In this document: one piece after another, positions 19,721 through 29,617 of the stretch
Numbering within the stretch: position 1 is the stretch's first letter
How the letters are laid out: every line of letters begins with the position of its first letter
Source: a virus
Lineage: Duplodnaviria; Caudoviricetes
DNA length: 59,911 bases
Virus record (IMG/VR): IMGVR_UViG_3300044632_001473
Location: 1 to 59,911 of that record
Reading direction: 5' to 3' (one strand)
Translations under genes and position numbers: made by a program
The notes under the pieces: model-generated
Database searches by the model: none
What the model was told of the DNA's origin: nothing
Seen by the model: only the letters and a program-made list of their open reading frames with translations

Positions 19721-20935
19721 CTAAATAAATATCTGTTTAATCTCATTTAATACAATATTTTCCACCTCTTGATGTGAAATTCCGTATTTTTTTGATACAT
19801 GTGTTATTGCTTCTTGTATTTCTTGGTCTTCTTTAATGAATTCTATTGCACCAGTATTACCTTGATTACAATATGGGAACTTCTTACACTTCTCTTTAAC
19901 CTTGACAAAAACACTATCTGGTCCTCCCCATTTAGGAAAGTTTTTATCTTTAACCGCTCTACCTTGATATTCACTACTTGGTCCGTCTATCTTTAATGGA
20001 TTCTTACGTCCTCCCTTTGTTGTCTTACCAAATGCCGGTACATCAAATGCACCTGAAGATGACGAAGTTGTTGCTTCTTCCACTTCCTCTTCTTCGTTTA
20101 AATCCATATTTGGGATGTGTGATATCTTTCTTTTAACTGTACTTGATTTACCAAATAATGGTGCTGAATATGCTCCTGATGAACTTGAGTCAGTTTCTTT
20201 AGCTTCAATCTTTTTCATTTTCGTGTAGTATGATGGGTCTTCCGATAAATGGTTTGTATCAATTTCGTGATTCTTTTCTTTATTATCAAAATTATTTTTT
20301 ATTAATTCTATATGACCTTCTCCCACAGTCGCTATAACTCTATAACCTTTTTTCCTATAATTTTTAATTTTGGTTACTAAATTTTTATCTCTAATATAAT
20401 TGAAGACATCGGTTAATTTACTCAATTCAGTCTCAGGTTTTCCTGTATCTTTAGGAAAACACAAGTTATACATTAGTTCAATATCTTCTTCGTCTGGTGT
20501 TTTTGGGTTTTTTATCCCAAAACTTTTTATCCATTCAATTCCTTCGTCATTTAATAAATGTGACATTTCTTGTGGGTAACTGGTTTGTCCAACAATAATC
20601 ACATAAATCGCTGCCATTACTTTGTTAGGTGATAATGACGTTTCTGATTGCATTTCTTTAAAAAGTGATGATTTTGGATTTGTAACATTTGTTTCTTTAC
20701 CATCCCAAGAATCATTTATAAAATTGGTGAAATATGTTTGTAATTCATTTTGAATTGCTTCTTGTTCACCTCCCTTTTCATATATGTTATCATCGTCACC
20801 ACCCTCACCCATAAAAACTATTTTATCATTTGGGTTGAAATTTTTTTTAACATAATTTGAAACCTTATCAACATCATCCATGTTATAATGTTGAACTCCA
20901 AAAATTAAAGAATCTCCAATTTTTAAAATTTTCAT
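19721..20935 (-). CDS. TraB/Tiki-like domain fused to a putative head-protein C-terminus
   Basis: LIFGVQH...FMGEG...RDKNL...VIATVGEGH, then HLSEDPSYYTKMKKIE and ETxSSSSGA repeats. Confidence 0.55.
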   Translation of the reverse strand: MKILKIGDSLIFGVQHYNMDDVDKVSNYVKKNFNPNDKIVFMGEGGDDDNIYEKGGEQEAIQNELQTYFTNFINDSWDGKETNVTNPKSSLFKEMQSETSLSPNKVMAAIYVIIVGQTSYPQEMSHLLNDEGIEWIKSFGIKNPKTPDEEDIELMYNLCFPKDTGKPETELSKLTDVFNYIRDKNLVTKIKNYRKKGYRVIATVGEGHIELIKNNFDNKEKNHEIDTNHLSEDPSYYTKMKKIEAKETDSSSSGAYSAPLFGKSSTVKRKISHIPNMDLNEEEEVEEATTSSSSGAFDVPAFGKTTKGGRKNPLKIDGPSSEYQGRAVKDKNFPKWGGPDSVFVKVKEKCKKFPYCNQGNTGAIEFIKEDQEIQEAITHVSKKYGISHQEVENIVLNEIKQIFI

Positions 20936-21174
20936 TACTTAACCGATTTTAATGCACTCTCCCAAAATGACTTTCTTTGCCATAATGTTTTAAATAATTC
21001 AACCACTACCTTAGTTGATAGGTCAACTATCTTATCGTCTATCTTTTTAACCCCTAACTCATCTTGAATCATTTTAACAACCATTTTATGTGCCTGTGTT
21101 GTTTCCATAAAAGATTTAATCTCTTTCTTGGTAATTCTTTCAATTTCTCTTTTATCTTGTTCTGTTAGTGCCAT
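20935..21174 (-). CDS. Hypothetical protein
   Basis: 79-aa ORF, coupled. Confidence 0.65.
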   Translation of the reverse strand: MALTEQDKREIERITKKEIKSFMETTQAHKMVVKMIQDELGVKKIDDKIVDLSTKVVVELFKTLWQRKSFWESALKSVK

Positions 21175-21176
21175 TA

Positions 21177-21704
21177 TTAGTTATTGTTTCTTTTTGTAAT
21201 TAATGGTTCCATTGCAGTTTTAAATGTTTCCTCAAATTTAGCCAACTTTTCTAAAGCGGTTCCTGTTTCTGTAGTTAACTTTAACATATCTGCATTTATA
21301 TAAACTCCGTTTTCCTCACCAGCAATAAATACAAAACTAACGTCATCATCGGTTAAGACACCATCTAATCTAATTTGATTTTTATTAATTGTCATTCCAG
21401 GTTCAAAATCAACGATTTGTGAAACTTGTTGTCTAAAATTATCAATAATGGCTGAAATTGCTTGTTTTTGGTCTTCCATTAATTGCATATCCGTTTCATC
21501 CGTAGATAACATATTAACTTCAACATCATTAATAACTATAAAATCGTTTTTTTGAGTTTGAGTTTGTTCTGGTTCTTGTGTTTGTTGAGTTACTTCTTGT
21601 TGCTCTCTTAGGACATTCATAGACGTTTTTGATTCATTAAGTTTCCTTATTGTATTCAACATCTTTTTAGTGTCGTCATATCCTGTCATTTGGTTGTTTT
21701 GCAT
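21177..21704 (-). CDS. Hypothetical protein (possible head-internal)
   Basis: 175 aa; KKMLNTIRKLNES and LREQ motifs. Confidence 0.6.
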   Translation of the reverse strand: MQNNQMTGYDDTKKMLNTIRKLNESKTSMNVLREQQEVTQQTQEPEQTQTQKNDFIVINDVEVNMLSTDETDMQLMEDQKQAISAIIDNFRQQVSQIVDFEPGMTINKNQIRLDGVLTDDDVSFVFIAGEENGVYINADMLKLTTETGTALEKLAKFEETFKTAMEPLITKRNNN

Positions 21705-22296
21705 TGTTAAAAAATATTCTAAAATTAAACGAAGGGTTTATATCTGTATAAATACTTGAAAAGTTGGATTTACATACAATCCCGTGGAAATTTGATGCTC
21801 TCTCTATATATCCTTGAGATGGTACTATCTGTTTGAAAATAAGGTGTTTTTCACATAAGTCTTCACATAACTCCGCTAACGAACTCATTTGACTATCAGT
21901 ATATGAATCCCAAAAATAGTAATTCCTCCAATTTTTTATATGTGGTTCGGACCTATATGGGTCGCCAATCCAATTATTAAGGACACCAGTGATGGTATTT
22001 TTATTTAACCACCCCAAGTTCTCAATTGCAATTTTAATCTGTTTTTTGTCAATTGTGGGGTCATTAAAGGTATTTGAGGTATGGTTGGTATCAAACAATT
22101 GATATATGACCCCCAATTTAGAAACAACAAAATGGGGAACATCTTCATATTCCCCATTCTTCCTATATTTTATCTTATTTAAAAAGTCGTCTAATCTTCT
22201 TTGAGTATCGTATAAAAAAATTTGTGATTTTTTTGTTTTCTTTTTTGTAACATTCAACTTTTTCTTATCTAAAATTTCTACGTCTTGGACTAACAT
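21676..22296 (-). CDS. Amidase_2/PGRP-like protein, probably catalytically inactive
   Basis: PHFVVSKLGVIYQLFD, IAIEN, YTDSQ..SL..L and TDINP follow the amidase_2 scaffold, but YDT replaces the HxT Zn ligand. Confidence 0.65.
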   Translation of the reverse strand: MLVQDVEILDKKKLNVTKKKTKKSQIFLYDTQRRLDDFLNKIKYRKNGEYEDVPHFVVSKLGVIYQLFDTNHTSNTFNDPTIDKKQIKIAIENLGWLNKNTITGVLNNWIGDPYRSEPHIKNWRNYYFWDSYTDSQMSSLAELCEDLCEKHLIFKQIVPSQGYIERASNFHGIVCKSNFSSIYTDINPSFNFRIFFNNAKQPNDRI

Positions 22297-23848
22297 TTCT
22301 TGATATCACATTTTTTGGGGTCGGTGTTGGGGTTATTATTTCTTCTTCGGACGACGGTATTATAACTTGATTGTTTTCCAAATCATATATTATTTGATTT
22401 GGATTGTTATCATCTTTTTCCCAATATAAATCTTCTACTTGAGATTCTGTACTATAATCTATTGATTCTGACGTTTCCATTACCACCTCGGTTTCTAAAT
22501 CCTCCGAAATTACCAAGTCTAACGTTTGTGGTTGGAACTCGGTTAAATTTTTTTTTTCATCTTCTTCTGAAGATGTGTCATCAATTTGAATTTCGTCTAT
22601 GATTTGATTTTCCTCTTCTATTGATTCTTGATTAAATTCGTTAATTGCATCTTCTAACAATGAAGTTGGTATTTCATCAACAAATTTTTCGTCAGTGTAA
22701 CCCTCTGCAGGGGAGTTAAAAAAAGAATTTTCTCTTGCTATAACATTTATTTTATCCAAATATGTTGGAGTTGGTGTTGGTGTACCTGTTTCTGTTGGTG
22801 TGGGTGTTGGTGTAGGTGTATCAGTAGGTAAAGGTGTTGGAGTTTCGGTTAAGACCAACATGTCACTAACCGGTTCTTTTTTCTCAACCTCTTCATTATA
22901 TTTTTCCGCAGCCTGAGTTAAAAATTCATTAGGTGGGGGTGGGTTAAGTAACACCTCTTCTAATTTTTTTAAATCATTTTCAGATAATCTAAGTCTAGAT
23001 ACTTCTGCAACAATATCTTTAGCCTCTAATGTTATTTTTTCATCCACAACTTCATCTTCATCAATATGTGGTTTCGTGGTTTCAATCTCATCTTTACGTT
23101 TATTCATTATTAAACCATTAAAGGCAATAATTAAAGCAACCGCTAATGGGTCAAATACAATTACAATAATGAATATAAAAAATTTAACGACAGTGTTTAA
23201 TTCTAATCCAAACGCATCGGCCACAAAACGAAAACCGCCAACTTCTCTTTCAATTCCAATATTTTTGTTTCTTATTGAATTAATTGAATCTGCGGCAATA
23301 TTATTATCTTGGGTTAGTTTATTAATTTTTGCCGATATTGATGTTATTTCTTTATCTGCAGTTTTAACCATCTGAGTTAAACGAGATGTTGATCCATTTT
23401 TTTCAATAACTTTTGATAAGTTATTTTCTTGTGAATTACGAATATTTTGTTGATTAGTTAACTGTGTAGTATAACGTGTAATTTCAGATTCGTTTTGTTT
23501 AATTTTATTTTGATAAACCGAAACTTCTCTTTCAATTTTTTGTAATTCTAAATTTTGTTGTTGAAATGCATTTGAAAGATATCCAAAAATACCTGCCGAT
23601 GTAATTAACATTAAAGTACCAACTGAAATAGTTAAATACCATTTATTAAATCCTTTAATATTATCCCATTCTTGTTTAAGATATGTTGCCGCAACTAATT
23701 TAGCAAATTCTAAAGAACCCGCCATAACCATTACAGATATTGCCGCACCAGCAAATAATACACCTAATCCTGTCACAGAAAAATAGGCGGCACATCCGGC
23801 AACAACAACCGCCGAAAGTCCAACCAAATATTTTAACCAATTATTCAT
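22265..23848 (-). CDS. Multi-TM coiled-coil membrane protein with an acidic PT-containing tail
   Basis: 3 N-terminal TMs, coiled coil, TM (IVIVFDPLAV), acidic C-terminus. Confidence 0.75.
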   Translation of the reverse strand: MNNWLKYLVGLSAVVVAGCAAYFSVTGLGVLFAGAAISVMVMAGSLEFAKLVAATYLKQEWDNIKGFNKWYLTISVGTLMLITSAGIFGYLSNAFQQQNLELQKIEREVSVYQNKIKQNESEITRYTTQLTNQQNIRNSQENNLSKVIEKNGSTSRLTQMVKTADKEITSISAKINKLTQDNNIAADSINSIRNKNIGIEREVGGFRFVADAFGLELNTVVKFFIFIIVIVFDPLAVALIIAFNGLIMNKRKDEIETTKPHIDEDEVVDEKITLEAKDIVAEVSRLRLSENDLKKLEEVLLNPPPPNEFLTQAAEKYNEEVEKKEPVSDMLVLTETPTPLPTDTPTPTPTPTETGTPTPTPTYLDKINVIARENSFFNSPAEGYTDEKFVDEIPTSLLEDAINEFNQESIEEENQIIDEIQIDDTSSEEDEKKNLTEFQPQTLDLVISEDLETEVVMETSESIDYSTESQVEDLYWEKDDNNPNQIIYDLENNQVIIPSSEEEIITPTPTPKNVISRNVSPRRRNFR

Positions 23849-23851
23849 AGT

Positions 23852-24661
23852 CTATAAATAGTTTAAGAGACCAAAACTTTCATTTCTTAGTTTCTTAATT
23901 GCCTTATCACGTAATTGTCTGATACGTTCTTTTGTACATCCAAATTCTTCACCTAAGTCTTCTAAATTAGATTCAACACCCGTAAGACCATAATATCTTT
24001 CTATAATAATCTTTTCTCTATCGTCTAAAACACTTAACATTTGATTAACTTTTTTCTTAACTTCTTCAGGAGAATTTAAAATTGCATCAGGACTTTCCGC
24101 TTCTCTATTTGGTATAATATCAATTAATTGGTCTCCCTCTTCATTAATTTCTTTATATAAACCTATACAATATGGTAAGTTACTATGTACCGGTTGATCG
24201 TTATTATAAACAAAAAAATTATCTTCTTCGTTAATTTCGTCTTTTTTATATTTTTGAGCTTCAGTTACTAAATTTGATGGGAGTCTAATTGTTCTTGCAT
24301 TATCATTTAATGATGCCATTATTGATTGTCTAACCCACCATACTGCATATGATATAAATTTTAATCCACTTGTTGGGTCAAACCTTTCTGCTGCTTTAAT
24401 TAAACCGATATTACCTTCAGATATCAAATCCATTACATCCAATCCTTGATTTTGATACGTTTTTGCAACTGATATTACAAATCTTAAATTACCCTTCACT
24501 AATTCATCATATAAATCTTTCCTATGTTCTTTTGTGATTCTTTTATCATTTAATTGACTGAAGATTTCTTCTTGTCTGATGTGTGAAATAACAGGTATCT
24601 TCTTAATATCTCTGATATACTGTTGAATTTCCTCTGGATTGGTGATGGTGGATTTCTTCAT
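23852..24661 (-). CDS. RNA polymerase sigma-70 family factor (RpoD/RpoS-like)
   Basis: Region 2 NLRFVISVAKTY...DLISEGNIGLIKAAERFD...FISYAVWWVRQSI; region 4 TKERIRQL. Confidence 0.95.
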   Translation of the reverse strand: MKKSTITNPEEIQQYIRDIKKIPVISHIRQEEIFSQLNDKRITKEHRKDLYDELVKGNLRFVISVAKTYQNQGLDVMDLISEGNIGLIKAAERFDPTSGLKFISYAVWWVRQSIMASLNDNARTIRLPSNLVTEAQKYKKDEINEEDNFFVYNNDQPVHSNLPYCIGLYKEINEEGDQLIDIIPNREAESPDAILNSPEEVKKKVNQMLSVLDDREKIIIERYYGLTGVESNLEDLGEEFGCTKERIRQLRDKAIKKLRNESFGLLNYL

Positions 24662-24711
24662 TGGTTGGTTAATTTAAATTAAAATGTATATATAAAAATA
24701 AGAAAAATATT

Positions 24712-25158
24712 TTACTTATCAAAATTGTCAAGGAAGTTTTTTTCCTCAGGTGTTAAAGACTCAAAACCCATGGAATTTAACTTATCTAATACCTCATCCA
24801 AATCAAATTCAATTGATTTTTTTTTCTTATATTCTATTTTTAACATCGCACTTTCAGGTGTGTCGTCCTTAAAAACAAAATTATTGATTGGGTCAGGTAA
24901 ATTGACACTCACAATTGAGTTTCTTTCTAATAAAAAATAAAATTTAACACTATCATTTAAACATAAAAGGTAAATTTCTTCGGATAATTTTCCGTGGTCT
25001 AACTCGGAATCAAATATAACGATTATATTTTTACTATTTTCAACCACATATTTTACTGATTTAATTACGGGGGATTGACCTAAAATTTCTACACAAAAAA
25101 ATTCCATGTCTTCGTAATCGTCAAATATTCCATATACAAATAAAATATATGTCTTCAT
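24712..25158 (-). CDS. Hypothetical protein with a C-terminal DUF6576-like motif
   Basis: LDEVLDKLNSMGFESLTPEEKNFL. Confidence 0.65.
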   Translation of the reverse strand: MKTYILFVYGIFDDYEDMEFFCVEILGQSPVIKSVKYVVENSKNIIVIFDSELDHGKLSEEIYLLCLNDSVKFYFLLERNSIVSVNLPDPINNFVFKDDTPESAMLKIEYKKKKSIEFDLDEVLDKLNSMGFESLTPEEKNFLDNFDK

Positions 25159-25174
25159 ACTAAGATATAGTATT

Positions 25175-25816
25175 TTATTTTTTCTTTAAATTAAGTCTCC
25201 AATAAACACCACCACCCAAAAATGGTGATAATGTTCCGTTTGTCCCATCTGGTCCGACTATGTTAGATACCCCGACACCTAATTTATATAGGTGTTTATC
25301 ATCTTTATCTTTAAGAATAAACCCAAGACCAATTAAATTAACAACATTAGGTTTATCAAATTTTGCATCAACACCAAAATATAATTCATTCTTTCTCGGT
25401 AATGGTGTGAATATGGTATCTTTAATGACTTTTTGTTTTACTTTACTTGTGAATGAACGACCTAAAATTCTATTGTTAGATATTGTATCAAATAATGTAA
25501 CTGTACCGATATTACCCGGTAATTCTAAAATATCCTTTTTAAATTGTTTATTTTCGGAGTATAATTTGACTATAGCTTCTGTATCTACTTTTTGAATAAC
25601 CTGTACTTCAACTAATTTTTCAACTACAACAGGTACTTCAACTTCCACTTCAACCTCATATGGAATTGTATCATGTACTGCGTACGGTATTGAATCAATT
25701 TGTTTTACATATGTAATCCTATTTGGAAGATATCCTCCTGGATTAAAAAATTCTAAAATACATATTAATAATAATATTAATATTAATACGTGTCTGATGT
25801 CAAAAATTTTTTTCAT
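25175..25816 (-). CDS. Membrane-anchored protein with a beta-rich C-terminus
   Basis: N-terminal TM, VEV repeat, C-terminal amphipathic beta strands (GGGVYWRL). Confidence 0.65.
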   Translation of the reverse strand: MKKIFDIRHVLILILLLICILEFFNPGGYLPNRITYVKQIDSIPYAVHDTIPYEVEVEVEVPVVVEKLVEVQVIQKVDTEAIVKLYSENKQFKKDILELPGNIGTVTLFDTISNNRILGRSFTSKVKQKVIKDTIFTPLPRKNELYFGVDAKFDKPNVVNLIGLGFILKDKDDKHLYKLGVGVSNIVGPDGTNGTLSPFLGGGVYWRLNLKKK

Positions 25817-25818
25817 GT

Positions 25819-26244
25819 TTACTTAAGAAGAAATAAAGATGTCATTATTACACCCGCAAAAGTACCAACCTTATAAAGAAAAGTTTTTCTTCGTTGTCCT
25901 TTTAATTCTTTAAATAAACTTTCAGATTTTTGTCTTTCTAAACCAAATTGTTCATCTTTTTTAGTGATGATAACCTCCAAATTAGAAATTTTTTGACTTT
26001 TGAGACTATCCTTTTGATTTAATAAACCAATATTCTGATCTTTTAAATTGATAACTTTATTTAATTCCACAATCTCCGACTTAGCTCCATCATAACGAAG
26101 TAAGTCTTGATAGACTAGTCTAGCAACTTTTGTTGATATGGTTACTTTAGTTGTATCTAATACTAAAACTTTAGTTGTATCTGTTTGCGAATAACTGCTC
26201 AAGCTCAACATTACCAATAGTGGTAATAGAATTAACTTTTTCAT
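25819..26244 (-). CDS. Exported coiled-coil protein with a C-terminal TM (possible spanin component)
   Basis: Signal peptide ...SSYSQ; coiled coil; overlaps 26171..26506. Confidence 0.55.
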   Translation of the reverse strand: MKKLILLPLLVMLSLSSYSQTDTTKVLVLDTTKVTISTKVARLVYQDLLRYDGAKSEIVELNKVINLKDQNIGLLNQKDSLKSQKISNLEVIITKKDEQFGLERQKSESLFKELKGQRRKTFLYKVGTFAGVIMTSLFLLK

Positions 26245-26506
26245 CTGTTTCGTTTTTAATTAAGGTTATGTTCTTTGTTACATTATTGATATTGCGGTCA
26301 ACCACATCAATATCTTTATCAATTGTAACGATTTGTTCGGTGATTTTGTGATTTTCAACCTGAACAGAATCTATATCATTTTGGATTAACTCTATTTTTT
26401 TATTATATCCATCAACGTCGGTTTTAATTCCGGTTGTTGTAAAAATATTCCAAGCCGCCAAAACGATTATGATTACTAATAAAATGTTGGATTTATTTAT
26501 CTTCAT
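26171..26506 (-). CDS. N-terminal TM coiled-coil protein (i-spanin-like)
   Basis: Type II membrane topology; TATTTAT upstream. Confidence 0.55.
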   Translation of the reverse strand: MKINKSNILLVIIIVLAAWNIFTTTGIKTDVDGYNKKIELIQNDIDSVQVENHKITEQIVTIDKDIDVVDRNINNVTKNITLIKNETDEKVNSITTIGNVELEQLFANRYN

Positions 26507-26532
26507 ATCTATCTTTTATTATAAATATGAAG

Positions 26533-26554
26533 AAAGGGGGTTTTATCCCCCTTT
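26533..26554 (-). terminator. Intrinsic terminator after clpP
   Basis: aaaggggg-ttttat-cccccttt. Confidence 0.75.
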
Positions 26555-26559
26555 AACCT

Positions 26560-27234
26560 TTATTTCTTCTTTTTAACAATTTCATCGATAATTCCGTAGG
26601 AAAGTGCTTCTTCGGACCCCAGCCATAAATCTCTGGTTGCGTCATTTTTAACTTGTTCTGCGGACTTTCCACAGTATCCACCTAATAACTCAAATAGGGT
26701 ATCATTGATTTTTTCCCATTCCACCATAGTAATACGAGCGTCTTGGATATTGCCACCAGCTCCTCCTGATGATTGGTGTAACATAGTTCTTGAGAATCTT
26801 AAAGACCCTCTTTTACCTTTAGTTCCCGCACCTAACAATACTGAACCCATAGATGCCGCCATACCAGTGTTGATGGTTCGGATGTCTGAAGTAATATACT
26901 CCATAACGTCCACCATAGATAAACCTGATTTAACAGACCCACCAGGACTATCAATGTGCATTGTGATATCATTATGGTCAATACTATCTAAGAACATTAA
27001 TTGAGCTTGTACGATGGTTGACATGTGGTCATCCACACCTCCAGCAACCCAAATGATACGTTCCATCATCAAACGTGAGAATACGTCCATAACGGTTACA
27101 TTCAAACTTCTTTCTTCTAAAATATATGGGGTTAAACTATCCTCAACTCTTTGGTTATAACGATGTAAGTTTAAAGAACCAACTCCGTGGTCTTTCGCGT
27201 AAAGACCAAAATCTTTGTACTGATTAGGTGTCAT
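26560..27234 (-). CDS. clpP: ATP-dependent Clp protease proteolytic subunit
   Basis: DVFSRLMMERI, IDSPGGSV, GMAASMG (catalytic Ser), MLHQ, RDLWL, YGIID. Confidence 0.95.
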   Translation of the reverse strand: MTPNQYKDFGLYAKDHGVGSLNLHRYNQRVEDSLTPYILEERSLNVTVMDVFSRLMMERIIWVAGGVDDHMSTIVQAQLMFLDSIDHNDITMHIDSPGGSVKSGLSMVDVMEYITSDIRTINTGMAASMGSVLLGAGTKGKRGSLRFSRTMLHQSSGGAGGNIQDARITMVEWEKINDTLFELLGGYCGKSAEQVKNDATRDLWLGSEEALSYGIIDEIVKKKK

Positions 27235-27256
27235 GATTGTAAATTTAGTTTATTCA

Positions 27257-27264
27257 CAAATATA
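27257..27264 (-). promoter_or_regulatory. Bacteroidota-type -7 promoter element TATATTTG
   Basis: Exact TAnnTTTG upstream of clpP; variants (TACATTTA, TATATTCG, TATATTTT) lie upstream of 14299, 18033, 16055 and 31397. Confidence 0.5.
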
Positions 27265-27280
27265 ATGTATAATTTTTAAA

Positions 27281-29617
27281 CTAAGAAATTTTTGTTGTAA
27301 TAAAATCTACAGATGAAACATTCTCTTCTTTCTTAATCATAATGATATTATCTGACCAATTACGTATTAAAGAATTGTGTGATATGACAAGAATATGGTC
27401 AAAATAGTTTTTAATCTTTTTGAAGAATTCTCCCACCATTTCAAGGTTCTCGTCAGCAATTTTACCGAACACTTCATCCATAACCACGATGTTAGGTTTA
27501 GGTAATGACGATATCTTTGTTAATACACTACGAAGTGCTAATGAGGATATTGTTCTTTCGTAACCAGAACCCGCATTAAGGGGTTTAACTATACGTGTCT
27601 CAGTATCTATCATAATAAATTCAACCTCGTTCTTATCGTTTATATTCATTTCTAAAATGAAGTGACAACTATCAACCAATAAACGATATAATTCTTGATT
27701 GATTAATGGAATCATATTTTTAAGAATAATTTTAGATATTCCATTCTTACCATATACCGTTAAGTAAATCTTGAATACTGCAGATAACTCTTCTTCTGAT
27801 GTAATCTTTTTAATTAAGTCTTCATTAATACCAATCTTATCATTCATGTTTGAAATGTTGTTGGTGTGTCTTTCAATATTAGTATTGGTTTGTCTAATGT
27901 CTCCGTTTGCTGTTTCAATCTTTGTTTTAAGGGCGATTACTTCTGAATCAATCTTTTGATTCTCCTCAAGTTTCTTTTTATTATTTTCGTAATTGTCTAA
28001 TCTTTTTTGTTTACCGTCAATCTCCAATTGTTTTTGTTCTACCTCCAATTCATATCTTTCTTTACGAAGTTTATTTCTTTCGTAATTTTCAAATTCAATT
28101 TTTAATTTATCAAACCCTTCAGATTGTTCTTTCAATAAATCAAATTGACTTTGATTTAATTCTATATCTTTAATAATCTCTTCAATTTCCTTTTTAATCT
28201 TTTCAATTTCATCCGTATGGTCTACTTCATCTAATGCTCTATTACAAGTTGGACAAACAGTTCCTTCTTCAAATTGTTTAATTAATTTTTCTCTTTGGGT
28301 TTTTTCATATTTGCACGCAACATCAATTCCTTGAATATTTGCCATTTCACCTCTTAGTTCTTTGTGTTCTTCTTCATTATAGAATTGAGAAGGTTCTATT
28401 ACATTAACTCCGTCAGCATTTGTTTGACTGAGGTTTCTTTGTTTTGTTAAATCATCAACTTCTCTTTGTAATAAAACTGGATTAGTATTGATAAGTTCTT
28501 TATCTACGTCGTTGTTTCTTTTTAAGAATACTTCGTCTCTTTTCTTTTCTAACTTTTGTAAATCCTTTTCAAACTTACCTAATTCTTTTGTAAGTCTTAC
28601 AATTTCACTTTCAGAATTGATTATACTTTCCTTATGTGTTTCATTATCAGTTTCTAAACTAATTTTATTATATGTGTTGGATACTAATTTCTTAGACCAA
28701 TCATTGTACATCTCTTTAGCAATTTCTTCTTTTGCTTTAAGACTTTCTAAACCCATAAACTTTGTTAAAATCTGTCCACGAGCCGTTGGTTTAGATTCAA
28801 TTAATTCTTCTAAATTATAACCGGTAGTAAGAATGGTTGATAAGAAATCTTCTTGTGTACCAATTGCTGAAGATATAAACGCTTCGGTTTCTCTTCTTTG
28901 TTCACCTGATAAGTTTACAATAGAACCGTCTTCGGCTTTCTTAAAAAATTCTAATTCATTTTTAACAGTGTATTCACCTGACTTACTCATCTTACGAGAT
29001 GTGTTTCTTTCAATAACATAATCTTCACCATCAATTGTGATTTCACCACGAACACTTACGTCATTCTTATCGGTAAACCTATTGAAGATTTCTCCATTGG
29101 TTTTTGTTTTAGTGGTTGTATTAAAAAATAAGAACATTAATAAATCTACAGATGATGTGGATTTACCTCCGAAGTTCTTAGGTGTGGATTCAATTACTGT
29201 AATGCCGTCCAAACCTGTAAAATCAATAGTATTGTTATCACCAAATGAAAGAAAGTTTGAGAATTCAACTTTCTTGATGTACCATTTGTTATACCTGACC
29301 TTATTTTCATTTAATTTATCTATTTGAGTGTTGACCTTATTATCTAATCTTTCCATCAACTCCTCTTTAATAACTATGTTGTTATCCGAAAGAAAATCTT
29401 TCATCAATTTCTTTTGATATTGATGATCTAAGATATTGTCAGATGCCTCTAAAGACTCTAAACGTGTTTGATTAACGTTAGTTAAAGTCTTAGTGATTAC
29501 CTGAACGGTCTTTGCATTATATTTTTTCTCAAAATAAGATTTCACCCTTCTGATTTTTTCAGGGGTGAAATTTTCGGGTACATCTTCCCAAGTTACTTTT
29601 ATAAATGGATTACTCAT
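27281..29617 (-). CDS. SbcC/Rad50/gp46-like recombination ATPase
   Basis: FSNFLSFG, NFGGKST Walker A, CPTC zinc hook, SGYE signature, VVMDEVFG Walker B, ISH. Confidence 0.93.
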   Translation of the reverse strand: MSNPFIKVTWEDVPENFTPEKIRRVKSYFEKKYNAKTVQVITKTLTNVNQTRLESLEASDNILDHQYQKKLMKDFLSDNNIVIKEELMERLDNKVNTQIDKLNENKVRYNKWYIKKVEFSNFLSFGDNNTIDFTGLDGITVIESTPKNFGGKSTSSVDLLMFLFFNTTTKTKTNGEIFNRFTDKNDVSVRGEITIDGEDYVIERNTSRKMSKSGEYTVKNELEFFKKAEDGSIVNLSGEQRRETEAFISSAIGTQEDFLSTILTTGYNLEELIESKPTARGQILTKFMGLESLKAKEEIAKEMYNDWSKKLVSNTYNKISLETDNETHKESIINSESEIVRLTKELGKFEKDLQKLEKKRDEVFLKRNNDVDKELINTNPVLLQREVDDLTKQRNLSQTNADGVNVIEPSQFYNEEEHKELRGEMANIQGIDVACKYEKTQREKLIKQFEEGTVCPTCNRALDEVDHTDEIEKIKKEIEEIIKDIELNQSQFDLLKEQSEGFDKLKIEFENYERNKLRKERYELEVEQKQLEIDGKQKRLDNYENNKKKLEENQKIDSEVIALKTKIETANGDIRQTNTNIERHTNNISNMNDKIGINEDLIKKITSEEELSAVFKIYLTVYGKNGISKIILKNMIPLINQELYRLLVDSCHFILEMNINDKNEVEFIMIDTETRIVKPLNAGSGYERTISSLALRSVLTKISSLPKPNIVVMDEVFGKIADENLEMVGEFFKKIKNYFDHILVISHNSLIRNWSDNIIMIKKEENVSSVDFITTKIS

